Assembly: GCA_003598025.1 (NCBI GenBank)
Contig: QZKH01000003.1
Span: forward strand, 375,221 to 439,220
Direction: 5' to 3'
From: Candidatus Omnitrophota bacterium
GTDB taxonomy: Bacteria; Omnitrophota; Gorgyraeia; Gygaellales; Profunditerraquicolaceae
Length of the DNA: 64,000 bases
Shown: in pieces, positions 31,716-41,503 of the stretch
Numbering within the stretch: the first letter of the stretch is position 1
How the letters are laid out: each line of letters starts with the position of its first letter
The notes under the pieces: generated by a model
Seen by the model: the letters and a program-made list of their open reading frames with translations, nothing else
What the model was told of the DNA's origin: nothing
Database searches by the model: none
Made by a program: the position numbers and the translations under genes

Positions 31716-31956
31716 GGCCGCAACCATCACAGCCCTCTTTTGATTTAGGGCAAACTGGCGAGCCGGAAGAACTGCTTTTTTTATAATCGGTGGCATAAAA
31801 ACCGGCCCCTTTAAAAATTATGCCAGAGCCTCCGCCGATCAACCTTTTTACTTTTTTACTGCACTTCGGACATCTATCCAACGGCTTATCATTTATTAAC
31901 TGGAATAGCTCAAAATGGTGTCCGCAGTTTGTACATTCATATTCATATGTAGGCAT
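31705..31956 (-). CDS. FmdB-family zinc-ribbon putative regulatory protein
   Basis: MPTYEYECTNCGHHFE...CPKCS matches the FmdB/CxxC-CxxC signature. 83 aa. Confidence 0.7.
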   Translation of the reverse strand: MPTYEYECTNCGHHFELFQLINDKPLDRCPKCSKKVKRLIGGGSGIIFKGAGFYATDYKKSSSSGSPVCPKSKEGCDGCGHGK

Positions 31957-31976
31957 GCTTTACCTCATTTCTTTTA

Positions 31977-32047
31977 GTTCATGGTTCACGGTTCATGGTT
32001 CATAAAAAATACCAAGGCTATGAACAATGAACTATCAACTATGAACT
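31977..32047 (-). repeat. Heptamer-tandem inverted repeat (hairpin) between the dnaJ stop and the fmdB start
   Basis: Four copies of GTTCAYG (31977-32003), a 16-nt spacer, then four copies of ATGAACW/ATCAACT (32020-32047). The arms pair over about 27 nt. Confidence 0.6.
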
Positions 32048-32050
32048 AAT

Positions 32051-33211
32051 TTATCTAAACGTCTTCTTTATCTTTTCCGTAAAGCTTTCCTTGTTTATTT
32101 CTTCGCCGGAAAGCCTGGCAAATTCTTCTATCAGCCTTCTCTGCTCGCTGGTCAATTCAGATGGAATCAGCACATTTACCCTAACCAGCTCATCGCCTAT
32201 ACCCCTGCCATGCAAATCTGCAATCCCTTTAGCCCTCAACCTGAACACCTTGCCGGCTTGAGTACCTGCAGGTATCTTCATCTTAACTTTGCCTAATAAA
32301 GTTGGCACCTCTATTTCAGAACCTAAAATAGCTTTAGATAAGCTTATATCCTTTTCGGTTAATATATCATTGCCGTGCCTCTGGAATAACGGATGAGGTT
32401 CAACCTCAATTACAACATACAAGTCGCCCTTGGCAGACGTGCCGGCTTCGCCTTCTCCTCTTACCCTCAACTGAGAGCCTGTATCGACGCCGGGAGGTAT
32501 TTTGACCTTTATTTTGCGGGTAACTTTGGTCTTACCCTGGCCGTTACAAACCGGGCAAGGACTCTGGATTATTGTGCCTTCTCCACCGCACTTTGAGCAA
32601 GTTTGTGTAAGTTGAAAAAAACCGTTGGAAACAACCATTCTCCCGGTACCCCGGCATTGGGAACAAGTTGTTTTCTTAGAACCGGGCTTAGCCCCTGTCC
32701 CGGAACAATTTGAACATATCTCATATCGCGGGACAGTTACTGTTTTTTCAGTACCCATTGCTGCCTCTTCAAGCCTTATACTTACGGCAATTTGCAGGTC
32801 GCGCCCGCGTCTGCCTCCGCGGCGGCCAGGCTTGCCCCCGAGATCAAAGCCAAGGTCGCCGAATATTTCATCGAACAATCCTCCGCCAAAACCAAAATCG
32901 GACAAATCGCTGAATACCGAGCTAAAATCTGCTCCTTTGAAAATATCTTCGTAAGCATACTTCTGGTCAATGCCTGAATGGCCATACTGGTCATAGAGCC
33001 CCCTCTTCTGGGGATCGGAAAGGACAGCGTAAGCCTCTGATATTTCTTTAAATTTCTCTTCTGCTTCCTTCTTCTGCTCATGCGGCACCCTGTCAGGATG
33101 AAATTGCAAAGCAAGCTGCCTATAGGCTTTCTTTATTTCATCTAAAGAAGCGCTTTTATTTACCCCTAATATTTCGTAATAGTCGCGTTTAGTGGACATA
33201 TATTGGTTCAT
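32051..33211 (-). CDS. dnaJ: Chaperone DnaJ. The conserved start is probably the internal [13 protein letters not shown] near 33199.
   Basis: J-domain HPD motif (QFHPDR), G/F region and four CxxCxGxG zinc-finger repeats. Confidence 0.9.
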   Translation of the reverse strand: MNQYMSTKRDYYEILGVNKSASLDEIKKAYRQLALQFHPDRVPHEQKKEAEEKFKEISEAYAVLSDPQKRGLYDQYGHSGIDQKYAYEDIFKGADFSSVFSDLSDFGFGGGLFDEIFGDLGFDLGGKPGRRGGRRGRDLQIAVSIRLEEAAMGTEKTVTVPRYEICSNCSGTGAKPGSKKTTCSQCRGTGRMVVSNGFFQLTQTCSKCGGEGTIIQSPCPVCNGQGKTKVTRKIKVKIPPGVDTGSQLRVRGEGEAGTSAKGDLYVVIEVEPHPLFQRHGNDILTEKDISLSKAILGSEIEVPTLLGKVKMKIPAGTQAGKVFRLRAKGIADLHGRGIGDELVRVNVLIPSELTSEQRRLIEEFARLSGEEINKESFTEKIKKTFR

Positions 33212-33277
33212 TGATCATGGTTCATGGATCATGGTCCATGGATATCTCTATGAACTATGAACCATGAACTATGAACT
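33205..33277 (-). repeat. Heptamer-tandem inverted repeat that fills the whole dnaK-dnaJ intergenic region and contains the ORF-track dnaJ ATG
   Basis: Five copies of GRTYCAT (33205-33241), the spacer gatatctct, then four copies of ATGAACY (33250-33277). Confidence 0.6.
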
Positions 33278-33279
33278 AT

Positions 33280-35157
33280 TTATTTCTTATCATCTTCCTC
33301 TTTATATTCTGCGTCGATAACGTCGTCCTTCTTATCCTCGGGCTTTTCTTGTGTCCTTGTGTCCTTGTGTCCTTGTGACTCTTTGCTTTCTTTTTGCTGT
33401 TTTTCCGCTGCCTGCTTATAAATTTCTTCTGCAAGCTTATGGGACGACTTAGTCAGCTCCTCCATGCCCTTTTTGATCCTATCGACGTTTTTATCCTTAA
33501 TAGCCTGTTTTAAATCATTGGTCTTAGCTTCTATATCAGCCCTTTCAGCCTGGCTTACTTTATCGCCGAACTCTTTCAGAGATTTTTCAGTTGAATAAAC
33601 CAGCGTATCAGCCTGGTTTATAACCTCTATTTCTTCTTTTTTCTTTGAGTCTTCAGCCGCGAATTTTTCAGCATCCTTGACCATCTTTTCAATTTCTTCT
33701 TTAGATAACTTCTTAGGCGCGGTTATCCTTATGGATTGCTCTTTGCCCGTACCTAAATCTTTGGCTGAAACATGCACGATACCGTTGGCATCGATATCAA
33801 AAGCGACCTCTATCTGCGGTACGCCTCTGGGCGCAGCCGGTATGCCTACAAGGTCAAACCTGCCCAGCTCCACGTTGTCATTTGCCATAGAGCGCTCGCC
33901 CTGGAGAACGCGGATAGTTACTGCAGTCTGGTTATCGGCCGCGGTAGAAAAAACCTGGCTCTTTTTCGTAGGAATGGTCGTATTGCGCTCGATTAATTTT
34001 GTATTTACTCCGCCTAATGTTTCAATGCCAAGAGACAAAGGAGTAACATCAAGCAGAAGCACATCCTTCATGTCCCCTTTGATTATTGCTGCCTGAATTG
34101 CTGCGCCTAAAGCCACGCACTCCATAGGGTCAACTCCGCGCTCAATCTTCTTGCCTACGTAGTCCTCGACAAATTTTTGCACTATCGGCATCCTTGTCGG
34201 GCCGCCTACCATTATGATCTTGTCAATATCTGCGGATTTAAGCCTTGCATCTGCAAGCGCCTGTTCCATAGGGTGTTTGCATTTTTCAATTATGGGAGAT
34301 ACCAATTCCTCCAGCTTTGCGCGCGTAATCGACATAGTAAGGTGCTTAGGACCGGTTGCGTCGGCGGTAATAAAAGGCAGATTTATATCTGTGGTAAGAG
34401 TAGAGGACAACTCCACCTTTGCCTTTTCAGCTGCCTCACGCAGCCTTTGCGTTGCCATCTTATCGTTATGCAGGTCAATGCCTGTTTCTCTTTTGAACTG
34501 ATTTACTATATAATCAATCAGGATATTATCCATATCGGTACCGCCAAGCTGGGTATCTCCGGAAGTTGATTTTACCTCAAATACACCCTGGGCCATCTCC
34601 ATTATCGTAACGTCCAGTGTCCCGCCGCCAAGATCAAAGACCATTATCTTCTGTTCCTTATGCGACTTCTCCAGGCCATAAGCCAGGCATGCGGCAGTGG
34701 GCTCATTGATAATCCTCAAAACTTTCAAGCCGGCAATTTCACCTGCATCCTTGGTTGCGGTCCTCTGGTTATCATCAAAATATGCGGGGCACGTAATAAC
34801 AACTTCTTCTACTTTATCTCCCAGGTAAGCCTCGGCATCCTGCTTTATTTTCTGGAGGATGAACGCAGATATTTGTTGTGGCGTATATTCCTTGCCATGG
34901 GCTTTAAACTTATAGTCCGTACCCATTTTACGCTTAGCAGCATGAATCGTGCCTTCAGGATTAATCGCAGCTTGCCTTCTTGCGGGTTCCCCGACCAACC
35001 GCTGGCTATCTTTCGTAAAAGCTACAAACGAAGGGAAGGCTTTACCGCTTGCGACACCTGCGCCTTCAGCAGAAGGTATAATCACAGGCCTGCCGCCCTC
35101 CATAACTGCTGCTGCAGAATTTGATGTACCTAAATCAATACCTATAACTTTTGCCAT
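33280..35157 (-). CDS. dnaK: Chaperone DnaK (Hsp70)
   Basis: [19 protein letters not shown] and the other Hsp70 signatures. 625 aa. SD AGAGGAGG. Confidence 0.95.
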   Translation of the reverse strand: MAKVIGIDLGTSNSAAAVMEGGRPVIIPSAEGAGVASGKAFPSFVAFTKDSQRLVGEPARRQAAINPEGTIHAAKRKMGTDYKFKAHGKEYTPQQISAFILQKIKQDAEAYLGDKVEEVVITCPAYFDDNQRTATKDAGEIAGLKVLRIINEPTAACLAYGLEKSHKEQKIMVFDLGGGTLDVTIMEMAQGVFEVKSTSGDTQLGGTDMDNILIDYIVNQFKRETGIDLHNDKMATQRLREAAEKAKVELSSTLTTDINLPFITADATGPKHLTMSITRAKLEELVSPIIEKCKHPMEQALADARLKSADIDKIIMVGGPTRMPIVQKFVEDYVGKKIERGVDPMECVALGAAIQAAIIKGDMKDVLLLDVTPLSLGIETLGGVNTKLIERNTTIPTKKSQVFSTAADNQTAVTIRVLQGERSMANDNVELGRFDLVGIPAAPRGVPQIEVAFDIDANGIVHVSAKDLGTGKEQSIRITAPKKLSKEEIEKMVKDAEKFAAEDSKKKEEIEVINQADTLVYSTEKSLKEFGDKVSQAERADIEAKTNDLKQAIKDKNVDRIKKGMEELTKSSHKLAEEIYKQAAEKQQKESKESQGHKDTRTQEKPEDKKDDVIDAEYKEEDDKK

Positions 35158-35188
35158 ATCTCTACCTCCTCTATTATTTTAGTCAATG

Positions 35189-35246
35189 GTCGACAGTCCA
35201 TAATCAACAATCATGCCTGTGAACCGTGGTCCGTGGACTGTGGACA
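35189..35246 (-). repeat. Heptamer-repeat hairpin spanning the grpE 3' end and the grpE-dnaK spacer
   Basis: TGTGAAC CGTGGTC CGTGGAC TGTGGAC (35218-35245, inside the grpE coding sequence) pairs with GTCGACAGTCCAT (35189-35201). Confidence 0.45.
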
Positions 35247-35774
35247 TTTTTTTGATACCTTAACCTTGCTCGTCCTTACGACCCTGTCATTAAGCAAATA
35301 ACCTTTTTGTAATTCCTCTACAATAGTATGCTCCGGTAAATCATCACATTGTTCTTCCATCAAAGCTTCATGAAAACTGGGGTCAAATTTCTTGTTCTTT
35401 GCTTCAATAGGCTTTACCCCGTGCTCTTTAAGCATTTCGTAGAGATGGGCTAAAATCATCTCTACGCCTTTTAAAAACGCCGATAAATCCTGATGCTTGC
35501 TTTGAGCCAGTTCAACTGTACGCTCAAGGTCATCAAGCACATTCAATAATTCCATTACAATTCTTTCATTGGCAAACTTTATAAATTCCTGTTTGTCTCG
35601 TTCCAGGCGTTTCTTAGTATTTTCAAATTCAGCCTGCATCCTCAAAATCCTGTCCCAATGGTCTTCAGCTTTAGCTGCCGCCTCTTTAAGCTTAAGGTAC
35701 TCAGCCTCGCTGATTGTGACTGTCTTATCCTGTGATACAAGTTCTTCTTTTTTTTCTTTGTTATTCTTTTCCAT
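35211..35774 (-). CDS. grpE: Nucleotide exchange factor GrpE
   Basis: Coiled-coil N-terminus followed by the GrpE domain. It overlaps the hrcA stop, which suggests one operon. Confidence 0.85.
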   Translation of the reverse strand: MEKNNKEKKEELVSQDKTVTISEAEYLKLKEAAAKAEDHWDRILRMQAEFENTKKRLERDKQEFIKFANERIVMELLNVLDDLERTVELAQSKHQDLSAFLKGVEMILAHLYEMLKEHGVKPIEAKNKKFDPSFHEALMEEQCDDLPEHTIVEELQKGYLLNDRVVRTSKVKVSKKCPQSTDHGSQA

Positions 35775-35776
35775 GT

Positions 35777-36514
35777 CTAAAATTTGTTTAAAACATCATC
35801 TAAAACTTCTGATATATACTCAAGAGCAGGTATAATATGTTCGTATTCCATGCGCGAGGGGCCTATTACCGCCACCCTGCCTTTATGTTTTTTCTTATTC
35901 CCGTAGGTAGAGACAACTATCGAGCAATGGCTCATCTCAGGGCATTGAAGCTCCTCGCCTATATAAACTTTTACCTTGTTGTCAAAATCCCGGTTGATTA
36001 TCTCAAGTAGTTTTTGTTTTTCCTCGATCAATCTGATCAAAGCCTTAAGCTTGACTGCGTCCTGGAACTCGGGCTGTTCCAATATATGGCTTATGCCTTT
36101 ATAGAATATCTTATCGTGCCAATCCAGGAAGGAAACTATCCCCGTATATTTGGTTATCTTGGATATTATCTCCGAAGTATTCTCAAGTACGTCTTCAAGC
36201 TGATTGATCTTACTGCTGCAGTCTTTTACAATACGCTCTTTTTCATCATCCAGCAATTCCATCTGCGATATAAGGAAATCAACATAATACCTGTATCCCT
36301 TATTTGTAGGAAGGCGGCCTCCTGAGGTATAAGGGTGAGTAAGATATCCTTCATTCTCAAGCTCACAGAGTATATTCCTTATTGTTGCCGAACTTAAGCT
36401 GAATTCTTCCGCCAGGTCATCTGAAGCAACTGGAGAAGCATCTTTAATATATTTGTTAATAGCCAGAGATAAGACTGCTTTTCTTCTGCTATTATAATCA
36501 ACTGTTCTTACCAT
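35777..36514 (-). CDS. hrcA: Heat-inducible transcription repressor HrcA (short, 245 aa)
   Basis: N-terminal winged HTH (SSATIRNILCELENEGYL). A CIRCE element and promoter lie directly upstream. Confidence 0.8.
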   Translation of the reverse strand: MVRTVDYNSRRKAVLSLAINKYIKDASPVASDDLAEEFSLSSATIRNILCELENEGYLTHPYTSGGRLPTNKGYRYYVDFLISQMELLDDEKERIVKDCSSKINQLEDVLENTSEIISKITKYTGIVSFLDWHDKIFYKGISHILEQPEFQDAVKLKALIRLIEEKQKLLEIINRDFDNKVKVYIGEELQCPEMSHCSIVVSTYGNKKKHKGRVAVIGPSRMEYEHIIPALEYISEVLDDVLNKF

Positions 36515-36535
36515 AAAAACCTCGCTTTTTCTAAA

Positions 36536-36562
36536 TTAGCACTTTACCCCTTAGAATGCTAA
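36536..36562 (-). promoter_or_regulatory. CIRCE operator (HrcA binding site) upstream of hrcA-grpE-dnaK-dnaJ
   Basis: TTAGCACTT-N9-GAATGCTAA against the consensus TTAGCACTC-N9-GAGTGCTAA (16 of 18). Confidence 0.7.
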
Positions 36563-36568
36563 ATAGAA

Positions 36569-36596
36569 ATTTTAACACAAAATCGATGTTTGTCAA
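36569..36596 (-). promoter_or_regulatory. Sigma-70 promoter of the hrcA operon (TTGACA-16-TAAAAT), 6 nt upstream of CIRCE
   Basis: Reading the minus strand gives ttgacaaacatcgattttgtgt TAAAAT. Confidence 0.5.
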
Positions 36597-36635
36597 CAAG
36601 GCATTTAACCTTATATTACTAAAAAAGTTAACTTA

Positions 36636-39251
36636 TTAGCCTATATCAAAAACAAGGGCTTCCTTGTCGGCATTTACCAACACTTTGCTGCCGGATTTCA
36701 AAGAACCATCCAGTATCTTCATTGAAAGCGGATCCTGTACGTATTTCTGAATCGCCCTTTTAAGGGGCCTGGCTCCGAAATTACTGTCAAAACCTTTTCC
36801 CGAAAGAAAGGCTTTTGCCTTTGCCGATACCTTTAATTCAATGCCAAGCTGGCTGAGCTTATTCTTAACGGGCAGCAATTCAATATCAACGATCTCTTCA
36901 ACAGATTCTTTAGATAAAGGATTAAAGACTATTATATCGTCAATCCTGTTTATGAATTCCGGGCGGAAATACCCTTTTACCTGATCAAGGAGCTTTTCTT
37001 TCATATCGGCGAAGCTATCCTTCTGTAGCTTGTTAGGCTTAAATCCAAGGCTTGCCTGCTGCTGTATCAGCTCCTGGCCTATATTAGAAGTCATGATTAT
37101 CACTGTGTTCTTAAAATTAACCGTCCTGCCCTGGCCGTCAGTAAGCCTGCCGTCATCAAGTATCTGCAATAACACATTGAATATTTCCGGATGCGCTTTT
37201 TCTATCTCATCAAGCAATATGACTGAATACGGCCTTCTTCTTACTTTCTCGGTAAGCTGCCCGCCTTCCTCATAGCCTACATACCCTGGAGGGGCGCCGA
37301 TCAACCTGGAAACACTGAACTTCTCCATGTATTCAGACATGTCTATTCTCAAAATAGCATTTTCGTCATCAAATAAAAACCATGCAAGTGTTTTGGCTAA
37401 TTTGGTCTTGCCTACTCCTGTCGGGCCCAAGAATATAAACGAACCCATCGGTCTTGCCTCATCGGAGAGTCCGGACCTGGAGCGCCGTATACAGCTTGAA
37501 ATTATGCTGACAGCTTCATCCTGGCCGATTACCTTGCTCTTTAAGCGCTCTTCCATCTTAAGAAGCTTCTGGGTATCGGCTTCCATAAGCTTAGTTAAAG
37601 GCAGGCCTGTCCACTCCGCGACAATCTCAGCGATATCTTCATCATTGACTTCCTGGCGCAGCATCCCTAAACCACTCTCAAGCCTGGAAAACTCTTGGTT
37701 ATATTTATTAAGCTCAATATCTAATTCTCTTAATTTTCCGTATTTGATCTCCGCAACCTTACCCAGGTCTCCCGACTGTTCAGCTGCCTGCGCCTGGTTT
37801 TTCAATTCTTCGATATTCTCCTTGATAGTTTTGATTTTTAATATTATGCTTTTTTCTTTCTCCCATTGCTTCTTCTTCGTTGACAATTCCTTATTCAGAT
37901 TTTCAAGCTCCGCATCTATCTTCTTAAGCCTTTCTACGGCAGGCTGGTCTTTATCTTTTTTTAATGCCTGCTTCTCTACCTCAAGCTGGACGATCCTTCT
38001 TTGCACAAATTCAATCTCGGCAGGCATGCTGTCTATCTCAATGCGTAAACGTGAAGCCGCCTCATCGATCAAATCTATCGCTTTATCAGGAAGATGCCTT
38101 TCCGTAAGGTAGCGGTGCGATAGCATCGCAGCGGCGATAATCGCAGAATCTTTGATACGCACGCCATGGTGTATCTCATATTTTTCTTTCAGGCCGCGTA
38201 AAATAGCGATGGTATCCTCAATACCGGGTTCATTAACATAAACCTGCTGGAACCTTCGCTCTAAAGCCCTGTCTTTCTCTATATATTTCCTATATTCATC
38301 CAAAGTAGTAGCTCCGATACAGCGCAATTGCCCGCGTGCAAGCAAAGGCTTAAGCATATTAGAGGCATCAATAGCGCCCTCTGCGGCTCCGGCTCCGACT
38401 ATAGTGTGAAGTTCATCGATGAATAAAATTATCTGCCCGTTTTTATTTTGTATCTCACGCAATACGGCTTTAAGCCTGTTCTCAAATTCCCCTCTGAATT
38501 TCGTCCCGGCGACCAAGCTACCCATGTCCAACGCTATTATCTTTTTATCTTTTAAGCCCTCAGGCACATCTTTAGAAATTATCCTTTGGGCAAGCCCTTC
38601 AACTATCGCAGTCTTACCGACACCTGCTTCGCCTATCAATACGGGGTTATTCTTGGTCCGCCGCGATAACACCTGGATTAAGCGCCTGATTTCTTTATCC
38701 CTGCCGATAACCGGATCAAGTTTCATACGCGCGGCTAATTCAGTAATGTCCTGGCCGTATTTTTTTAAAGCGTTGAATTTCTCTTCCGGGTTCTCGTCAG
38801 TTATCCTGTGGCTGCCGCGTAACTCTGCAAGCGATGCTAAAACCTTTTCTTTATCAATCCCGTTATTCTTCAGTTCCCTTAAAATCAATGATTCATTATC
38901 TGATAGCGAAGCCAGAAGCACATGCTCGGCTGAAATGAATTCATCCTTAAGCCCGGCCGCCTCTTTTGCCGCCTGAGCAAACAGTTTATTTGTGCGCCCT
39001 GAAAAGTAAACCTGCGAGCCCTGGCCGCTTACGGCAGGTTTATTATGCAAATATTCCTCCAGCTTTTTTATGAGGCCTGCAATAGAAACACCGAGTTTAT
39101 CAAGGGTGTCAGCAAAGATAGATTCTTCCTGTTTAATAAGGATATACTCCAGATGTTCAGGGTCTATTTGTTGATGGCCTGATTCAGTAGCAAAACTTAT
39201 TGCTTCTTGTAAAGCTTCCTGCATTTTCGCTGTAAGTTTATCCAATCTCAT
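36636..39251 (-). CDS. clpB: Chaperone ClpB (Hsp100 disaggregase)
   Basis: Two AAA+ modules ([16 protein letters not shown]), a long coiled-coil middle domain and the ClpN N-terminus. 871 aa. Confidence 0.9.
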   Translation of the reverse strand: MRLDKLTAKMQEALQEAISFATESGHQQIDPEHLEYILIKQEESIFADTLDKLGVSIAGLIKKLEEYLHNKPAVSGQGSQVYFSGRTNKLFAQAAKEAAGLKDEFISAEHVLLASLSDNESLILRELKNNGIDKEKVLASLAELRGSHRITDENPEEKFNALKKYGQDITELAARMKLDPVIGRDKEIRRLIQVLSRRTKNNPVLIGEAGVGKTAIVEGLAQRIISKDVPEGLKDKKIIALDMGSLVAGTKFRGEFENRLKAVLREIQNKNGQIILFIDELHTIVGAGAAEGAIDASNMLKPLLARGQLRCIGATTLDEYRKYIEKDRALERRFQQVYVNEPGIEDTIAILRGLKEKYEIHHGVRIKDSAIIAAAMLSHRYLTERHLPDKAIDLIDEAASRLRIEIDSMPAEIEFVQRRIVQLEVEKQALKKDKDQPAVERLKKIDAELENLNKELSTKKKQWEKEKSIILKIKTIKENIEELKNQAQAAEQSGDLGKVAEIKYGKLRELDIELNKYNQEFSRLESGLGMLRQEVNDEDIAEIVAEWTGLPLTKLMEADTQKLLKMEERLKSKVIGQDEAVSIISSCIRRSRSGLSDEARPMGSFIFLGPTGVGKTKLAKTLAWFLFDDENAILRIDMSEYMEKFSVSRLIGAPPGYVGYEEGGQLTEKVRRRPYSVILLDEIEKAHPEIFNVLLQILDDGRLTDGQGRTVNFKNTVIIMTSNIGQELIQQQASLGFKPNKLQKDSFADMKEKLLDQVKGYFRPEFINRIDDIIVFNPLSKESVEEIVDIELLPVKNKLSQLGIELKVSAKAKAFLSGKGFDSNFGARPLKRAIQKYVQDPLSMKILDGSLKSGSKVLVNADKEALVFDIG

Positions 39252-39292
39252 ATTAATCTCCTTAAAATTTGTCTTAATTTTAATTTCTCAAA

Positions 39293-39319
39293 TTAGCAAT
39301 CCATCTTAAAGAGTGCTAA
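39293..39319 (-). promoter_or_regulatory. Second CIRCE operator, between hspR and clpB
   Basis: TTAGCAATC-N9-GAGTGCTAA (17 of 18 to the consensus), 41 nt upstream of the clpB ATG. Confidence 0.65.
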
Positions 39320-39340
39320 TCATAAAACAAAAAAATTTAA

Positions 39341-39601
39341 TTATTTGCCTTCAACCTCAAGGATTAACTTTATACCATGAATATTAACATGCTTTTCTTG
39401 CATCAGATAATGTATGTATTCCAGCTTTTTTATGTCTTTCAAAGAATATAGCCTGCTTTTTTTACCTATACGCTTAGGTTTAAGCACTCCGCTTTTATCC
39501 AGTTGCCGTAAAGTCCAGATAGGTATATCTACCAGCCTGCTTACCACGCTAATGACATAGACCGGCTCGTCAGGGCTAATGTAAATATCAAACATCGGCA
39601 T
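39341..39601 (-). CDS. hspR: MerR-family HTH regulator, HspR-like
   Basis: YVISVVSRLVDIPIWTLRQLDKSGVLKPKR is a MerR-type HTH. It sits immediately upstream of clpB. Strong SD AGGAGG. Confidence 0.5.
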   Translation of the reverse strand: MPMFDIYISPDEPVYVISVVSRLVDIPIWTLRQLDKSGVLKPKRIGKKSRLYSLKDIKKLEYIHYLMQEKHVNIHGIKLILEVEGK

Positions 39602-39626
39602 TTCTGCCTCCTTTTTATCTTATAGA

Positions 39627-39688
39627 AGTATATCATAACATAATTATCTTGTCAAGATAATATTATTTTTTTTGTTAGATAATCTAAC
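39627..39688 (-). promoter_or_regulatory. hspR promoter (TTGACA-17-TATACT) with two palindromic operator-like sites
   Basis: The palindrome TTATCTTG-t-CAAGATAA (39644-39660) contains the -35 hexamer. A second palindrome GTTAGAT-a-ATCTAAC lies at 39674-39688. Confidence 0.4.
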
Positions 39689-39742
39689 AGTTACATAACA
39701 TATTTACTAACAATTAGTTATAGCGCAGATTACTGTTGGTTA

Positions 39743-41008
39743 CTACTCTAACCACTTTATTTCTTTTATATTTAGCAGGTTTTGATATACATTTTTAGGA
39801 AGGCTGGCTTTGATTTTTATGCTGTCTTGCAGGTATTTAATCTCTTCTATCCTGGCTTGGCGATACAGAAGGTTTACCAGATCCATGCGCGTTAGAGGAA
39901 GCTTGAATTCTTTTGATATGTTATGGTTAACGAACATTGAAGTTATTTTTTCAAACAAAACATCAAAATTCTTCCCGTTCTTTGCCGAGATACAAACACT
40001 GTTGGCAAATGTTTTCTTCATCTTCTCCAGGTATTCATTGTCCTCTACCAGGTCTATCTTATTAAGCGCAGTAATCATCGGTTTATCTTTAGCGCCCAAT
40101 TCATCCAGGACTTTAAACACAGCCTCGGCTCTCTTCTCTGCCATAGACTGGCTTATATCCAAGACATGGATCAATATGTCCGCATATACAACCTCTTCAA
40201 GCGTGGCTTTAAATGCTTCAATTAAATGATGCGGTAATTCGCTTAAAAAACCTACAGTATCCGAAATAACAATTTTCTCATTATTCGGCAAGGTAAAGGA
40301 TTTTGTTAATGGGTCAAGGGTAGTAAACAGGCTATTGCTCACTATTTGCGAAGATTTAGTTATGGTATTAAGAAGAGTGGACTTGCCGGCATTCGTGTAG
40401 CCTACAAGAGCTATTTGAGGTATAGAATTGTCTTTCCTTTTTTTTCTTATTGTCTGGCGGTGCATTTCCAGGTGCTTAAGTTCATGCTTAAGGCGTATAA
40501 TTCTTTCTCTAATACGCCTGCGGTCAATTTCAAGCTTCTGCTCTCCCGGCCCGCTGGTCCCCACCCCGCCTCCGAGCCTGGATAATACAAGCCCTTTGCC
40601 GATAAGCCGTGGCAAAAGATATTCGCTTTGGGCTAACTCCACCTGCATCTTTCCTTCGGGGCTCCTGGCGTGCTTTGCGAATATATCAAGAATAAGCTGA
40701 GTCCTGTCTATTGTCTTCTTGCCTATTATATCTTCGAGGTTACGCTGCTGTATCCCGGATAAATCATGGCTGAAGATAACGACATCGATTTTCTCTTCCT
40801 GGCATATCAGGGCGATCTCTTCAGTCTTTCCTTTTCCTATCAATAAATTCGGCGTGGGCTTATCGCACACACAGCTTATATTATCCACGATCTCTACCCC
40901 GCAGGAAGCAACCAGGTCTTCAAGTTCACAGGCAATCTCGTCAATAGACCAGGTATTTCTCTGAGATTTAAATCTTATAGTTACAAGTAATGCTCTTTCC
41001 ATAATCAA
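39743..41008 (-). CDS. hflX: GTPase HflX
   Basis: HflX N-terminal domain followed by the G domain (GYTNAGKSTL, DTVGF). 421 aa. Confidence 0.8.
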   Translation of the reverse strand: MIMERALLVTIRFKSQRNTWSIDEIACELEDLVASCGVEIVDNISCVCDKPTPNLLIGKGKTEEIALICQEEKIDVVIFSHDLSGIQQRNLEDIIGKKTIDRTQLILDIFAKHARSPEGKMQVELAQSEYLLPRLIGKGLVLSRLGGGVGTSGPGEQKLEIDRRRIRERIIRLKHELKHLEMHRQTIRKKRKDNSIPQIALVGYTNAGKSTLLNTITKSSQIVSNSLFTTLDPLTKSFTLPNNEKIVISDTVGFLSELPHHLIEAFKATLEEVVYADILIHVLDISQSMAEKRAEAVFKVLDELGAKDKPMITALNKIDLVEDNEYLEKMKKTFANSVCISAKNGKNFDVLFEKITSMFVNHNISKEFKLPLTRMDLVNLLYRQARIEEIKYLQDSIKIKASLPKNVYQNLLNIKEIKWLE

Positions 41009-41011
41009 GTG

Positions 41012-41503
41012 TCATTTCAATTCAAACTCATTGGTCCTGGCTTCAAGCCACCGCCAATCCTTTGAATCATCGCTTTCTCTTATCTGGTAATTTAATATAA
41101 TACGGTACGTTCCGGGCTGCGCCAACCTGTTTTTGCCATTGTCCCCTTTGACATATACCTGCGGCTTCCATAAAATAATCGCGTTATTTTGCGGCTGCAT
41201 TGCAACCGGCGCATCAAAATCTATATCACATTCGGGCATGCTGCAATTGACTTCATACGCTGCCCAGGAACCGTCAGGCTCCTTCTTCTCAAGCCTGTTG
41301 ATGGCAAATTGAGGCGTAGAGCTGGCAGCGATACTGTAAATTACATCATCGCTCATATTTAAAAAAGTTATTTTTACATCTTGGCCTACATAGTAACTTT
41401 TTATATCTGTCTTTGCCTCTATTCCTTGGCCAAAAACGGCGCTGCCGGTAAAAAGCAGCGCTGCAAATGATGCCAAAACAATGCTAATTAGTATACACCT
41501 CAT
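41012..41503 (-). CDS. Hypothetical secreted protein
   Basis: Signal peptide MRCILISIVLASFAALLFTGSAVFGQ. No family recognised. Confidence 0.4.
   Translation of the reverse strand: MRCILISIVLASFAALLFTGSAVFGQGIEAKTDIKSYYVGQDVKITFLNMSDDVIYSIAASSTPQFAINRLEKKEPDGSWAAYEVNCSMPECDIDFDAPVAMQPQNNAIILWKPQVYVKGDNGKNRLAQPGTYRIILNYQIRESDDSKDWRWLEARTNEFELK

Noticed and set aside
31356-31796. Long N-terminal extension of the VanZ-like ORF (start at 31796)
   Set aside because: The extension would overlap the well-supported fmdB zinc-ribbon gene by about 90 nt. The internal Met (MENNKLL) just before the first TM helix is the credible start.
33348-33379. Considered whether the 7- and 8-nt tandem repeats (here and at 44199-44229 and 31977-32047) are a CRISPR array
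   Set aside because: Units are 7-8 nt with no unique spacers. Several lie in-frame inside conserved genes. They are not CRISPR repeats. No cas genes are present.
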